From a virus, in the IMG/VR virus record IMGVR_UViG_3300021093_000006: a stretch of DNA of 64,000 nucleotides; one strand, 5' to 3'. The number at the start of each line of letters is the position of its first letter. The first letter of the stretch is position 1. The translations under genes and the position numbers were made by a program. A model generated the notes under the pieces. It was not told the DNA's origin. It did no database searches and saw only the letters and a program-made list of their open reading frames with translations. Shown piece after piece: positions 38,125-48,135 of the stretch.

Positions 38125-39831
38125 ATGGATATAAAATTTAAAAATGTTGTTTGTGAAACTAAAGATGTTATAGGTGATATTAAGAGACAAATATTAGAAT
38201 TAATATCTCTTAATCAAACTATATGTAACAACTTACCCAATTTATCATTACCCACTTCTATTCCTGATGTTGCAGATTTAGATATTAGTCAAAGAGTAGT
38301 TGATTTATTAAATGATATTTTAGCAACTGTTTCAGGAATTAATATTGATGAGATGAGGATGCAATTAATTAGTTGGTTAGTTGAGCAATTACAACCTTTA
38401 TCCGAAAATTTATCATTAACAATGATAGATACTATTAAATGTTGTTACGCCTGTAAAATAAACCCTAATATACCCAATTGGTTATTTGTAACCGATCCAT
38501 CTACAATTTTATATGATAATAATGGTGTACCCATACCTAATTCAGGAACACCTGGTATAGGTATGAACATTGAACTTAATAAGTTAGATTTAACTTGTTT
38601 ATTTGCAGTTGATCCAAATAGTAGTGTAGGTAAATTATTTTATGATGGAACGGAAACAGACGATTTAAACGCTTTTCTGTGGAAAGTTATTCAAGAAAAC
38701 GGAAATCCTGTTATTTGGTTAGATCCTACATCTGGAAAACAAATTGCAGAATTTAGATATTTTGAAAATGATAGTAGTGCGTTTATTGAAACAGACGGTA
38801 CAACGGATTATCAAAACATAGAACAAAGACCTAGAGTTTTTAATATAAGGATAGTTAATGAAACCTACCAAAATAAAACTATGATTACATTTTTAGTGGA
38901 TTATTTTAATAGTCAAAATCCTCTTTTTAATGTAGATAAAGTTGTACCAAATATTATAGATATCATCTATGGTTCACTAACTAATAAAGTAGATTTACCT
39001 GACGAATGTTTAAATAAGGTTGTTGAAACTGAAAAATCTATTGAGGATTATTTAGATAAGGGTATTGGAAATCCTGAAGTAGTCTTTGATGAGAGTTTTT
39101 ATACATTTACACCCGCACAAATTGCAAATATCAAAGAAACAGTTAAAGAAAAAAAATTAGGCGTAAAACAATTTAAAAAGTGTTGTGCAAAACAAACTAG
39201 TAGTATATCTTTTGAGACTCTTAAAGAAATTGATGCTAATATTGTGGCAACTAGTACTTTACAAGAAAAAATTCAAGTATACACAAAATCTTTAGATGAT
39301 TTAATTAAAGAATCTACTGATGGGGTTAAAAATTTAGATATAGATAGTGCTAGTGGAGAATTTTTGGCAAATTTTATAAGTGCCTTACAAGTGGCATTAA
39401 CTAAAATTGCTTTAACACCCAAAAATTTAGTAATGTTAAATTTATTTTATTTTTTAGTTAACGCCCAACCCATAAAAAAAACAAAAATAAAAGAAATATT
39501 AAAAGCGTTTGAATGTATTTTAAGTAAAATACTAAGTGATTTATTAAGAAAAATAATTTATGAATTTTTATTACCTATGATATTAAAAGCACTTAAACAA
39601 ATCGTTTTATGTGCGATTAGGAAAAAAATAAAAGAAATTAATGAGAATTTTTTAAAGACGAAGAGAAGTTTATTGCCACCATTTGTAAACGATACAATAA
39701 ATGCGGTGGAAGGATTATTAGGTAAGGCAGAAAATACGGTAGATAAGGCTAGAGGTTTTTCTGATAAAATAAATTTAGATTCATTAAGCAATCTTAATTT
39801 ATTTAATAATAAAGGAAGATTTTGTGAGTAA
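38125..39831 (+). CDS. Hypothetical protein, probably virion structural
   Basis: 568 aa in the baseplate operon; several Cys pairs (CCYAC, KCCA). Confidence 0.55.
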   Translation: MDIKFKNVVCETKDVIGDIKRQILELISLNQTICNNLPNLSLPTSIPDVADLDISQRVVDLLNDILATVSGINIDEMRMQLISWLVEQLQPLSENLSLTMIDTIKCCYACKINPNIPNWLFVTDPSTILYDNNGVPIPNSGTPGIGMNIELNKLDLTCLFAVDPNSSVGKLFYDGTETDDLNAFLWKVIQENGNPVIWLDPTSGKQIAEFRYFENDSSAFIETDGTTDYQNIEQRPRVFNIRIVNETYQNKTMITFLVDYFNSQNPLFNVDKVVPNIIDIIYGSLTNKVDLPDECLNKVVETEKSIEDYLDKGIGNPEVVFDESFYTFTPAQIANIKETVKEKKLGVKQFKKCCAKQTSSISFETLKEIDANIVATSTLQEKIQVYTKSLDDLIKESTDGVKNLDIDSASGEFLANFISALQVALTKIALTPKNLVMLNLFYFLVNAQPIKKTKIKEILKAFECILSKILSDLLRKIIYEFLLPMILKALKQIVLCAIRKKIKEINENFLKTKRSLLPPFVNDTINAVEGLLGKAENTVDKARGFSDKINLDSLSNLNLFNNKGRFCE

Positions 39832-39833
39832 TT

Positions 39834-40283
39834 ATGGCAACAAGTGAAGGATGTAAAGATAATAGAAATGATATATATAAAAATATAGGTATTGCTGGTG
39901 CGTTAGTAACCATAGCATTGTTATTAAAAAAAGCGTTCAAAACCCCTAAAAAATTACCACCAATTTCTAAGGAGGAGATATTAATTGGGGTTAAGTTTAG
40001 AGAAGGGTTAAGTTCTATTGATATTGCTTCTAGAATTATCGAAAGGAAAAAGGAAATCGGTATTAATATAACTCCTTTACCTAGTGGTGCAGAAAACGTT
40101 GACTTGAAAATGGAAGTTATACGTATTGAAGAAATTGTTAATGCTTTATTGACTAAAATGAAAGTAGAAGGTACAGTTGCACCAGGTGTACCTGTTACTG
40201 CAACTGGTGGTAATGCTGGTGGTCCGATAGTAGTACAGGGTGCAACTACACAAATAGCAAAAGTAGAAGGTATTGTTAGATAA
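39834..40283 (+). CDS. Hypothetical virion protein
   Basis: 149 aa; Gly-rich beta C-terminus VTATGGNAGGPIVVQG. Confidence 0.55.
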   Translation: MATSEGCKDNRNDIYKNIGIAGALVTIALLLKKAFKTPKKLPPISKEEILIGVKFREGLSSIDIASRIIERKKEIGINITPLPSGAENVDLKMEVIRIEEIVNALLTKMKVEGTVAPGVPVTATGGNAGGPIVVQGATTQIAKVEGIVR

Positions 40284-40476
40284 TATGGAAAATATTATAA
40301 TTGATTGGCAAAATATGAGTAACTCTTCTATCAAAATGAGATTAGAGGAATTATTACATGAACAAACAGCATTAAAGGATAGAATGATTAAGTTATCCGA
40401 AAAATTAGAGTCCGTAGAAAAAGATTATTATTACGGTAATAAAGTTTTAGTAAAAAGATATAAAGGAGAAGATTGA
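40273..40476 (+). CDS. Small coiled-coil protein
   Basis: 67 aa with heptad pattern; overlaps its neighbours. Confidence 0.55.
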   Translation: MLDNMENIIIDWQNMSNSSIKMRLEELLHEQTALKDRMIKLSEKLESVEKDYYYGNKVLVKRYKGED

Positions 40477-41780
40477 TGAATAATTATTATAGTGATAGTA
40501 CTAACACTGGCATGATCCCAATAATAAGGGTTGGTGAAGTAATTTCTAATGTAGATACTACTAAATCTGGAAGAATTAAAGTTAGAATTACAGGTGTTGA
40601 TGATACTGAAAGTGATAAAAATCTAATAGATTGTGTACCACTACTACCAAAGTATTTAGTAACTTTACCAAAAGCTGGTGAATGTGTATTCGTGTTTCAG
40701 TATGAGTATAATGACTCCTCGCCAACCGCTTCATTTAAAAATAAAAGATTTTGGATTGGTCCTCTAATAACCCAACCAACTAAATTATCTGAAGAGACTT
40801 ACAATTCCGCACTTTCAATACTACCCGATGGGTATACAAAATTAAAAGACCCTAATTTAGAGGAAGGCGCTTATGGTGAAGATGAAGATATTGTATTACA
40901 AGGTAGATATAATACAGATATTATACAAAAAGATAGACAAATATGGCTTAGAGCTGGTAAAAATATAGATGGATCCCCTAACAAATTTAATAATAAAACT
41001 TTAGGTTATGTTCAGATAAAATTTGGTGGTGAAAAATTAAAAAGAACTTTAGTCGATAGGGAATTAGTATCATTTGTTGATCAACAACCTGATAGTATTA
41101 TAACTGTAATTATAAATACAATCACAAACAATGGTATAATATTATCTGGTGATTTACCAGAAGATTCATATACGCAAACAGATATTAATAGAACGGAATT
41201 ATTTATCACTATAACTGATGCCAATACAGGCAATGTAAAATTAACGTTTGAAAATGAATCAGGTTTTTTGGGTGTTAATTCACGACAGGAAGCATTATTG
41301 TCTGCAAAATCGTTTATAGATTCAAATAAAGGTAGTAGATGGCTAATTAAATCAAAATCTAATGATTTAATTAACCTTTATAAAGGTAGTGATGGAATTG
41401 CAAAATTTACTAGTGAACCAATAGAAGTAAGGAAAAAAATAAAAGAAGTAAAATTAGAATCAAACAAAAGTGAAAAAACCAGTGTAATTAATATAGTTGG
41501 TAATAAAATTAATTTAATAAGTCATGACGGAGAGCATACATTTAATCTAACCGACCCAAAAAATTTAATAACTGATGATGAACAAATAAAAATTAATAAT
41601 GGTGCTCACCCATTAGTATATGGAGATGTTTTAGTTGAATTTTTAGATTTAGTAAAAAAATATGTACAATTACACGTGCACCCCTATCACGGTTTAACTG
41701 CCGATCCTAGTACGGTAACAACAAATGTTTTAAGTTTTGATTTAAATAAAATTTTAAATAAGAATATTAATAGTAATTAA
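40473..41780 (+). CDS. Baseplate central spike, gp5/gpV-like
   Basis: N-terminal OB-fold G.V....D....GRIKVRI...P..GE.V.V...FWIG; C-terminal HVHPYHG tip motif. Confidence 0.75.
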   Translation: MMNNYYSDSTNTGMIPIIRVGEVISNVDTTKSGRIKVRITGVDDTESDKNLIDCVPLLPKYLVTLPKAGECVFVFQYEYNDSSPTASFKNKRFWIGPLITQPTKLSEETYNSALSILPDGYTKLKDPNLEEGAYGEDEDIVLQGRYNTDIIQKDRQIWLRAGKNIDGSPNKFNNKTLGYVQIKFGGEKLKRTLVDRELVSFVDQQPDSIITVIINTITNNGIILSGDLPEDSYTQTDINRTELFITITDANTGNVKLTFENESGFLGVNSRQEALLSAKSFIDSNKGSRWLIKSKSNDLINLYKGSDGIAKFTSEPIEVRKKIKEVKLESNKSEKTSVINIVGNKINLISHDGEHTFNLTDPKNLITDDEQIKINNGAHPLVYGDVLVEFLDLVKKYVQLHVHPYHGLTADPSTVTTNVLSFDLNKILNKNINSN

Positions 41781-41790
41781 GATATTTATT
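41781..41790 (+). promoter_or_regulatory. Putative late promoter GATATTTATT
   Basis: Motif just upstream of ATG 41802. Confidence 0.45.
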
Positions 41791-41801
41791 TATAAAAAGA
41801 A

Positions 41802-43208
41802 ATGGTATACAGAACTTATATAGATAAAAATAATACAATTATTTTTGGTACCCAAATTAATACAGGTAGAAACCCTATCGCAGAATTATATTATGGTGGT
41901 AAAGAAACTCAACCCGATTACACAAGACATTTATTATATTTTGATATCACAGATTTACAACAAAAATATAATCATGGTGAATTAGGTGATTTGTCATCAG
42001 TAACACATACATTAAGAATGACAAATAGTTCATTTTTTGATAGGGATTTGCAAGCACAAAAATTATTAGATGGTAAACAAAGAACTTCATCATTTGATTT
42101 GGTTTTATTTAAAATAAATCAATTTTGGGATGAGGGTTGTGGATACGATTACCAACAAATCCGTTATATAGATTATGGGGGCGATATTACTTTTGTTGAA
42201 TCCGCTAGTAATTGGTTAAACGCAACAACTGTTAACAATTGGTCAGAACCAGGAGTTTATTCAGGATCACCTTCCGCGATTACTGTTACAACACAACATT
42301 TTGATAAAGGTAACGAAAATATTGAAATGGATATAACTAATGAAATAAATAATTTAATAACTGGTGTAACAAATAATTATGGATACGGTTTGGCATTTGA
42401 GAGGGATTTAGAGTTAAAAGAAATTATACCTGCACAATATGTAGGGTTTTTTACTAGACATACACAAACTTATTATGAACCTTTTGTAGAAACTGTTTAC
42501 AATAATACTATTAGAGACGATAGAAAAAACTTTTATAAGGGTAAACTTAATAGATTATATTTTTACATTAATTTAGGTGGAGAACCTACTAATTTAGATA
42601 ATAAACCTAGTGTCATAATTAATGACGCAAATGGATCGATAATTGCATCATTTTCTAGTAGTCAAGTAAAACAAGCAGATAAAGGTATTTATTATATAGA
42701 ACTAACTATACCGATTACTAACACCCAATGTGGATTATTTACAGATGTTTGGTCAGATATTGTGATAAATGGTAATGTTCGTCCAGATGTTACATTAGAA
42801 TTCGAAGTTAAAGATGATACTGAATATTATAGGTTTGGCGATAATGAGTCTTTACCTATTGAGTATGTTGTTAATTTAAGTGGTATTTTAAGAGACGAAA
42901 AAATTAAAAGGGGTGATAAAAGAAAAGTCTTTGTAAATGCAAGATTACCTTATACTGTAAATGAATCAAGTGTTATTGATGGGTTACAATATAGATTATG
43001 GGTTAAAGAAGGTCCAACCGAAGTAAACGTAATAGACTGGACAGATGTGAATAGAGCATACTTAAAAAATTATTTTATTTTAGATACTTCTTGGATGATA
43101 CCTAATGAATATTTTATAGATATTAAACTCACATCTAGCCAATTAGTAAAAACCTATACAAACATCCTAAAATTCAATATTGTTAGTCAAGTAGAATATT
43201 CACACTAA
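41802..43208 (+). CDS. Virion structural protein, probably baseplate-associated beta-sandwich
   Basis: 468 aa beta-rich; ASNWLNAT...WSEPG, IEMDIT, NYGYGL follow a DNRLRE-like pattern; Ig-like C-terminus. Confidence 0.55.
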   Translation: MVYRTYIDKNNTIIFGTQINTGRNPIAELYYGGKETQPDYTRHLLYFDITDLQQKYNHGELGDLSSVTHTLRMTNSSFFDRDLQAQKLLDGKQRTSSFDLVLFKINQFWDEGCGYDYQQIRYIDYGGDITFVESASNWLNATTVNNWSEPGVYSGSPSAITVTTQHFDKGNENIEMDITNEINNLITGVTNNYGYGLAFERDLELKEIIPAQYVGFFTRHTQTYYEPFVETVYNNTIRDDRKNFYKGKLNRLYFYINLGGEPTNLDNKPSVIINDANGSIIASFSSSQVKQADKGIYYIELTIPITNTQCGLFTDVWSDIVINGNVRPDVTLEFEVKDDTEYYRFGDNESLPIEYVVNLSGILRDEKIKRGDKRKVFVNARLPYTVNESSVIDGLQYRLWVKEGPTEVNVIDWTDVNRAYLKNYFILDTSWMIPNEYFIDIKLTSSQLVKTYTNILKFNIVSQVEYSH

Positions 43209-44053
43209 TTTTCTAAAACAATAGGTTCAGCACCTTTTGGTAAATCAAATGTTGTATTAGACATATAATCAATAACATCTTTTAATATTAAATCAAATGT
43301 CTTAAACGCACTTTCTTTAGTTAATGGTTTAGGATACGGTACTTTAAATTCTAATAATTTAGTTAACAATTCAGTGTCCTTTGAATAATTATTAATGTCT
43401 TTATATGTTACTGTAACTTTAAATTCTTCTTTATTTAAACTTTCTGCTGATTCATCACCATAAGTAAAACTTTTTATTTTGGTATTTTCTCCGTCTAAAT
43501 TAATTACACTAAAATTTACATTTACAGAAAGTGTCCTATAATTATTTTCATCAGGTGTAAAGTAATATCTATGCCCATTAGGTCTGTCTACAAAATAGGC
43601 TGGTACAGATATATACATATTAAACCCATGATATGTATCATTTAAATCTATATTTCTATTTTCTATAGATCCCAAACCTACATCCCCATCAAACCTCAAT
43701 CTTACATTAAATTCGTTTTCGTGTATTTTTGAATATTCGTCTGTTAATTTATTTAAATTATCAAATAATAATTCATATAAAGGTACAGTTTTACGTAATG
43801 ACTCGGATGGTCCAAATAATTCTTTCCATGACCAACTATATGTTCTAGCCAAAGAATAGGCAGTTTCATAATCTAAATTAAAATCTTCTATTAAATCTAC
43901 TGCAACATACCACATATTATATTCCGATGGATTATCACCATATTTTTTATGTAACATTTCTAAAATCCTTTTTTCTTGTGGCGTAAATTCTGATGTTACA
44001 TCTATTAACCTAGATTCTAATAGAACATATTTTTTTTTAATTCTCATAAACAC
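43205..44053 (-). CDS. Hypothetical protein with basic leader ending LLE (likely start ATG 44047)
   Basis: MRIKKKYVLLES...; TATATTTG and ATATTTAT motifs upstream. Confidence 0.6.
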   Translation of the reverse strand: MFMRIKKKYVLLESRLIDVTSEFTPQEKRILEMLHKKYGDNPSEYNMWYVAVDLIEDFNLDYETAYSLARTYSWSWKELFGPSESLRKTVPLYELLFDNLNKLTDEYSKIHENEFNVRLRFDGDVGLGSIENRNIDLNDTYHGFNMYISVPAYFVDRPNGHRYYFTPDENNYRTLSVNVNFSVINLDGENTKIKSFTYGDESAESLNKEEFKVTVTYKDINNYSKDTELLTKLLEFKVPYPKPLTKESAFKTFDLILKDVIDYMSNTTFDLPKGAEPIVLEN

Positions 44054-44081
44054 AAATATAATAATAAATATTTTAAAAAAT

Positions 44082-44110
44082 AAAAAAGGGTAGAAATTTC
44101 TACCCTTTTT
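44082..44110. terminator. Intrinsic terminator after the major capsid gene
   Basis: AAAAAAGGGTAG-AAATTT-CTACCCTTTTT. Confidence 0.85.
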
Positions 44111-44131
44111 AACCTTTATTTTAAATTAAGA

Positions 44132-45886
44132 TTATCTTAATTCGTTTATGTCAAAAGTTACAACTCCGTCAACAGTAACAGTTCCGTAGAATCTGTTGTT
44201 CACCATTTTCTTAGCGTATCTAGTCATGATACCCTTAGTAGGTGCAAAGTTGAATGGATTTTGTAATGTTGGAGTCAATTGTAGAGGTACATACGGAGCG
44301 TAAATGTAACCTGTGTCTAACAATGATTTTCCTTTATGACCTATGATTATTGAGTTAGCTGGTGCGTAAGGGTCTCTATACACAGTATATCTACCACCTA
44401 ATGAACCAATTTTCTCAATACCCATATTGTATTGATCTTGCTCTGGAGAAGCGTTTGATACGTGGAAGTATTCTAAATCATCGAAAATTGCTGATACCTC
44501 AGAAGAAACAACGATAAAGTTAGCTCCACCTCTCAAAGTTGACTTATGGATTTGAGCAGAGATTTGATTAACTTTAGTAATCAACGTTTGATTCCACTCT
44601 TTTTGAGTGTATGCGTTGAATCCACCACCGCTATTAGCTCTTTTCCATCCGTTATAATCCCATCTCAATTGCCAAGCCGCACCTTTTCTTAAATCTCTTA
44701 AGATCTCTCTATCGATCTCAGCAGCAACCTGCTCAGATAATAAAGCCGTAAGTTCTGCTTCAGCATCGATGTTATGGAATGCACTAACGTCTTGTGCCAA
44801 TTCTGGTGACCAAGTAGCTCTTAGTTTTCTTTCTGTAACAGAAACAACTACTTCGTCTAATTCAAAAGATACTTCACCCATTTCTGTAGCGAACTCTAAT
44901 GTTGCATATTGTGCCCAAGATACTGATAAACCAGAAAACGCCTTTACGGACACTTCTGAATCACTTGACGCACCTACATAGCCATCAAAGTTAGCAGAAT
45001 CACAACTGATACAAGCTGGATGAGTTAAATCTAATTCGATTAATAAACATCCGTCAGGTGAACAAATATCACTATAATCTACAATACCTCTACCATATTT
45101 TTGAGATACTAATCTGAAAGGAACGACACCACCAGCAGCGATAATTGTTTTACCATCTGAATCTTCTATAGCAAAATCAGAAGTAACTGTTAATGAAGCT
45201 AAGAAAGACTCAGTATCCATTTCATTACCATCTGGTCCTGTTAATCTACCCGCATTTGTTGTAGTAAAACCAGTAACACAAGCTTTAAGTGTTCTAAATG
45301 AACCATCAGCCGCTAATGGTTGATCAATAAAAGGAGTTTCAACTTTCTCACCATCAGAATTTAAAATAACTGGATTTAATCCACCATTATAAACTGTTCT
45401 AGTTCCTTTAGAAGCATCAAATAATCCGTCATTGTAGAATAAATCATAAAGATTTTTCTTTCTGAATTCAGTTACAGTAACACCACAACCAGAAATAACA
45501 CACTGAGGTAAAGAACCATTAGTTGAGTTACCGTTCAAATCGAATGAACCGTTAGATGTTTTTGGTACGAAATAGAATAATTTACCAATTGGCATGTTCA
45601 TCGCTTGTACCGATACGATATCGTTAGCCAATAATTTAGAGAATACTCTTCTTACAATTGGGAAAACAACTGTTTCGAATGATCCAGAAGAACCAGCGTC
45701 AGTTGATTCGTTCAATAGAGCAGACGCTTGGTTTTCATACAACTGTGCGATGTTCTCTTTAATATGACCTTTTAAACCATCTAAGAATCCTAATGAATTC
45801 CATTTAGAAATAGTTTTAGATCTAATTTGCTTTAGGTGCTCAAGTCCGATATTTCCGACTTCACCTGAATTTAACAAATGTCCCAT
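44132..45886 (-). CDS. Major capsid protein, T4 gp23-like
   Basis: VFPIVRRVF...D.VSVQAM..P.GK.FY; RKLRATWSPELAQD..AFH.IDAEAEL..LLSE..AEIDREI; GYIYAPYVPL; GIMTRYA. Confidence 0.96.
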   Translation of the reverse strand: MGHLLNSGEVGNIGLEHLKQIRSKTISKWNSLGFLDGLKGHIKENIAQLYENQASALLNESTDAGSSGSFETVVFPIVRRVFSKLLANDIVSVQAMNMPIGKLFYFVPKTSNGSFDLNGNSTNGSLPQCVISGCGVTVTEFRKKNLYDLFYNDGLFDASKGTRTVYNGGLNPVILNSDGEKVETPFIDQPLAADGSFRTLKACVTGFTTTNAGRLTGPDGNEMDTESFLASLTVTSDFAIEDSDGKTIIAAGGVVPFRLVSQKYGRGIVDYSDICSPDGCLLIELDLTHPACISCDSANFDGYVGASSDSEVSVKAFSGLSVSWAQYATLEFATEMGEVSFELDEVVVSVTERKLRATWSPELAQDVSAFHNIDAEAELTALLSEQVAAEIDREILRDLRKGAAWQLRWDYNGWKRANSGGGFNAYTQKEWNQTLITKVNQISAQIHKSTLRGGANFIVVSSEVSAIFDDLEYFHVSNASPEQDQYNMGIEKIGSLGGRYTVYRDPYAPANSIIIGHKGKSLLDTGYIYAPYVPLQLTPTLQNPFNFAPTKGIMTRYAKKMVNNRFYGTVTVDGVVTFDINELR

Positions 45887-45924
45887 TTTAATTTTTTTTG
45901 TTTTATTTTGTTATTTTATTATTT

Positions 45925-47337
45925 TTATGAGATTCTTCTCATTAAATCTTTAATAGCCGTAATCTGTGGATCAACATAAGCAGTTGATTCGTTTAAATTA
46001 TTACTATTATAAGATTTTACTGTTTTATTAACTTTAATTTCTATTGACTCGTTAATTGGTTTCTTATTATCCAACTCAGACTTTATAGTTTTATAAATAT
46101 TTTTTGATTCTTTAATAGTTTCAGCATTATCAAATCTTTTCAAAATATTCATTTTTTCTTTTTTAGTTGTAGAATGTTCTGTAAACAATCTATTCACATA
46201 AGCTAAATTGGTATTAAATAAAGCAACTTCATTAAGTTTGTCTTTGAATATATTAAGAGCCTTTTTATATTCTTCATTTTTAGTTTTAAGCTCTTTGTAT
46301 TCTTTCATTATTTTTGAATTGGAAACTGTGTTAGTATTTGGTTTTTTAGTAATTAAAGGTTTTTTTACATTTCTAGATTCTCTAGCCGCAAATCTAGCTC
46401 CGTGATATCTTTGTTTACCACCAGATCTTCTATGTCTTTGTAATTTATCTTCTTCTATTCGCTCCTCTTCCTCATCAATGTAAGCACCTTCCTCAACGTC
46501 TTTGTTTAAAATGTGACCAAAATCAGATATAGGTCTGTTACCTAATTCTATACCTTCAGGTGTATCCCACCATGTTTCGTCTTCTTCATCATACATTCCC
46601 CCCACTTCAGGCTCATCTCCACCAGAAAACATGTCATACATTGGAGAGTCTTCGTCTAAATGAATTTCATATACAGTTTCTTTTTCTGAATCTTCATCTT
46701 CATACATAGACCCTGAACCACATTCTGAGCAATATTCTTCCTCTTCTAAACCAAATCTATCTTCCATAGATTCCTTAATGTAATACTCTACACCAGTTTC
46801 ATTATCCTTTAAATGAATTCCACTTGAATCTTTTACTACCTCTACTTCATCATTGTCACCCATTTTGTTTTTAAACACATGAATAACTTCTTCGTCAGAG
46901 GCACCTGTTAAGTCTAAAACTTCTTCTTCGTCACCAGTAGACATATTAAAATCTGGATCAACCAAATTATCATCATCTGTTTCAGTTTCTTCACCTGCAT
47001 CTAAATCTAAATCTACATCTAAATCTAAATCAACTGGTTCTTCTGAAGGGGTTGAAGGTTTTTCGTCATCAAAATCAAACTCAACTTCTTCTTCATCATC
47101 TTCTTCTTCATCGTCAAGGTCTAACTCAACTTCTTCTTCATCATCATTGGATCCTTCTAAATCAGTATCGTCTATTTCTTCTTCATCTTCCTCTTTTAAA
47201 GATGACTCAACGATACCCTCAATTTCTCTCGACAAGTGTGCCGAAAGCATTTCTTTTGTGTTGGCTTTTAAGGCATCCTCTAAGGACTTAGCTTCTAGCA
47301 AAGCCTCTTCGATGATCGATTTCTTTTTTTCAGCCAT
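45925..47337 (-). CDS. Prohead scaffold/core protein, gp22-like
   Basis: Very acidic N-half and coiled-coil C-half (LNEVALFN..LAY); lies between protease and capsid genes. Confidence 0.8.
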   Translation of the reverse strand: MAEKKKSIIEEALLEAKSLEDALKANTKEMLSAHLSREIEGIVESSLKEEDEEEIDDTDLEGSNDDEEEVELDLDDEEEDDEEEVEFDFDDEKPSTPSEEPVDLDLDVDLDLDAGEETETDDDNLVDPDFNMSTGDEEEVLDLTGASDEEVIHVFKNKMGDNDEVEVVKDSSGIHLKDNETGVEYYIKESMEDRFGLEEEEYCSECGSGSMYEDEDSEKETVYEIHLDEDSPMYDMFSGGDEPEVGGMYDEEDETWWDTPEGIELGNRPISDFGHILNKDVEEGAYIDEEEERIEEDKLQRHRRSGGKQRYHGARFAARESRNVKKPLITKKPNTNTVSNSKIMKEYKELKTKNEEYKKALNIFKDKLNEVALFNTNLAYVNRLFTEHSTTKKEKMNILKRFDNAETIKESKNIYKTIKSELDNKKPINESIEIKVNKTVKSYNSNNLNESTAYVDPQITAIKDLMRRIS

Positions 47338-47397
47338 TTTACTTTTTTTTAAGTTTTTATTATTAATTATTATTAATCCGTATATTATACGTTATAT

Positions 47398-47407
47398 TAT
47401 AAATATG
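47398..47407 (-). promoter_or_regulatory. Putative late promoter for scaffold-capsid operon
   Basis: Minus strand reads CATATTTATA. Confidence 0.45.
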
Positions 47408-47436
47408 CTAGTTTTTTAAAAAAATTTATTTTTTTA

Positions 47437-48135
47437 TTAATCCAATAAAAAATTATTTAAACTATCTTTTAAATTATCACTATTTTTTTTGATTTTCGAT
47501 TCAGACATTTGCTGCTCCCTAGAAGGTTCTTCATTATAAATCCATGACCCTGGTGTGGATGGAGAAGTTACAATGTCCCAACATACCAATTCGTAATCAT
47601 CTTGAACTACATTCTTCCCATTCTCTTTTTCTAATGAACCCACACCTCTAGATGAAACACCTATCTTTAACCCTTTCCTTAAATAATTTGCCACTCTATC
47701 ACCTTCACATGAAATAATTCCTTGATTAACAAAACCAGGTGACATAATAATTTCTAATTTACCCATTAATACATTACCTTCCCACCATAGATCTACTACG
47801 TTATGAGAAATTCTACTTACGGCAACGATAGATGATTCTGGATGGTCTGCTTCACCCAGCGCTCTTTTTTCTTGAATTAATTTTAGATAATTTTCGGCTT
47901 CTCTTCTTAATATGGCTTCGGGATATACTCTTTCATTTCTATTTTGAACACCGTATTTTTGCATCACCGCGTAAACAATTAAAGGTTCTTCTATTATAGG
48001 TTGACCTTGAGTTAGTTTACTTACTTCGTTTACAAAATGTCTGTTATCTTTTGGTGAGATGTATCCTGCGTCATATTCAATTAATATTGACTTTTTATTA
48101 GGGACATTATTTTTATTTATTTCAAACTTGTTCAT
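47437..48135 (-). CDS. Prohead protease, T4 gp21-like
   Basis: N.NER.YP, ALGEADHP, SH, GVSSRGVGS, WDIV.SPSTPG. Most plausible start is ATG 48135 (MNKFE), overlapping the endonuclease stop; the track ORF extends to 48180. Confidence 0.9.
   Translation of the reverse strand: MNKFEINKNNVPNKKSILIEYDAGYISPKDNRHFVNEVSKLTQGQPIIEEPLIVYAVMQKYGVQNRNERVYPEAILRREAENYLKLIQEKRALGEADHPESSIVAVSRISHNVVDLWWEGNVLMGKLEIIMSPGFVNQGIISCEGDRVANYLRKGLKIGVSSRGVGSLEKENGKNVVQDDYELVCWDIVTSPSTPGSWIYNEEPSREQQMSESKIKKNSDNLKDSLNNFLLD

Noticed and set aside
22005-40334. Track ORFs 22005, 22688, 23660, 25023, 27870, 28164, 29446, 32262, 32839, 37898, 39558, 40146
   Set aside because: Antisense shadows of motif-supported plus-strand genes, with Ile/Ser/Phe-rich composition typical of non-coding frames in AT-rich DNA.
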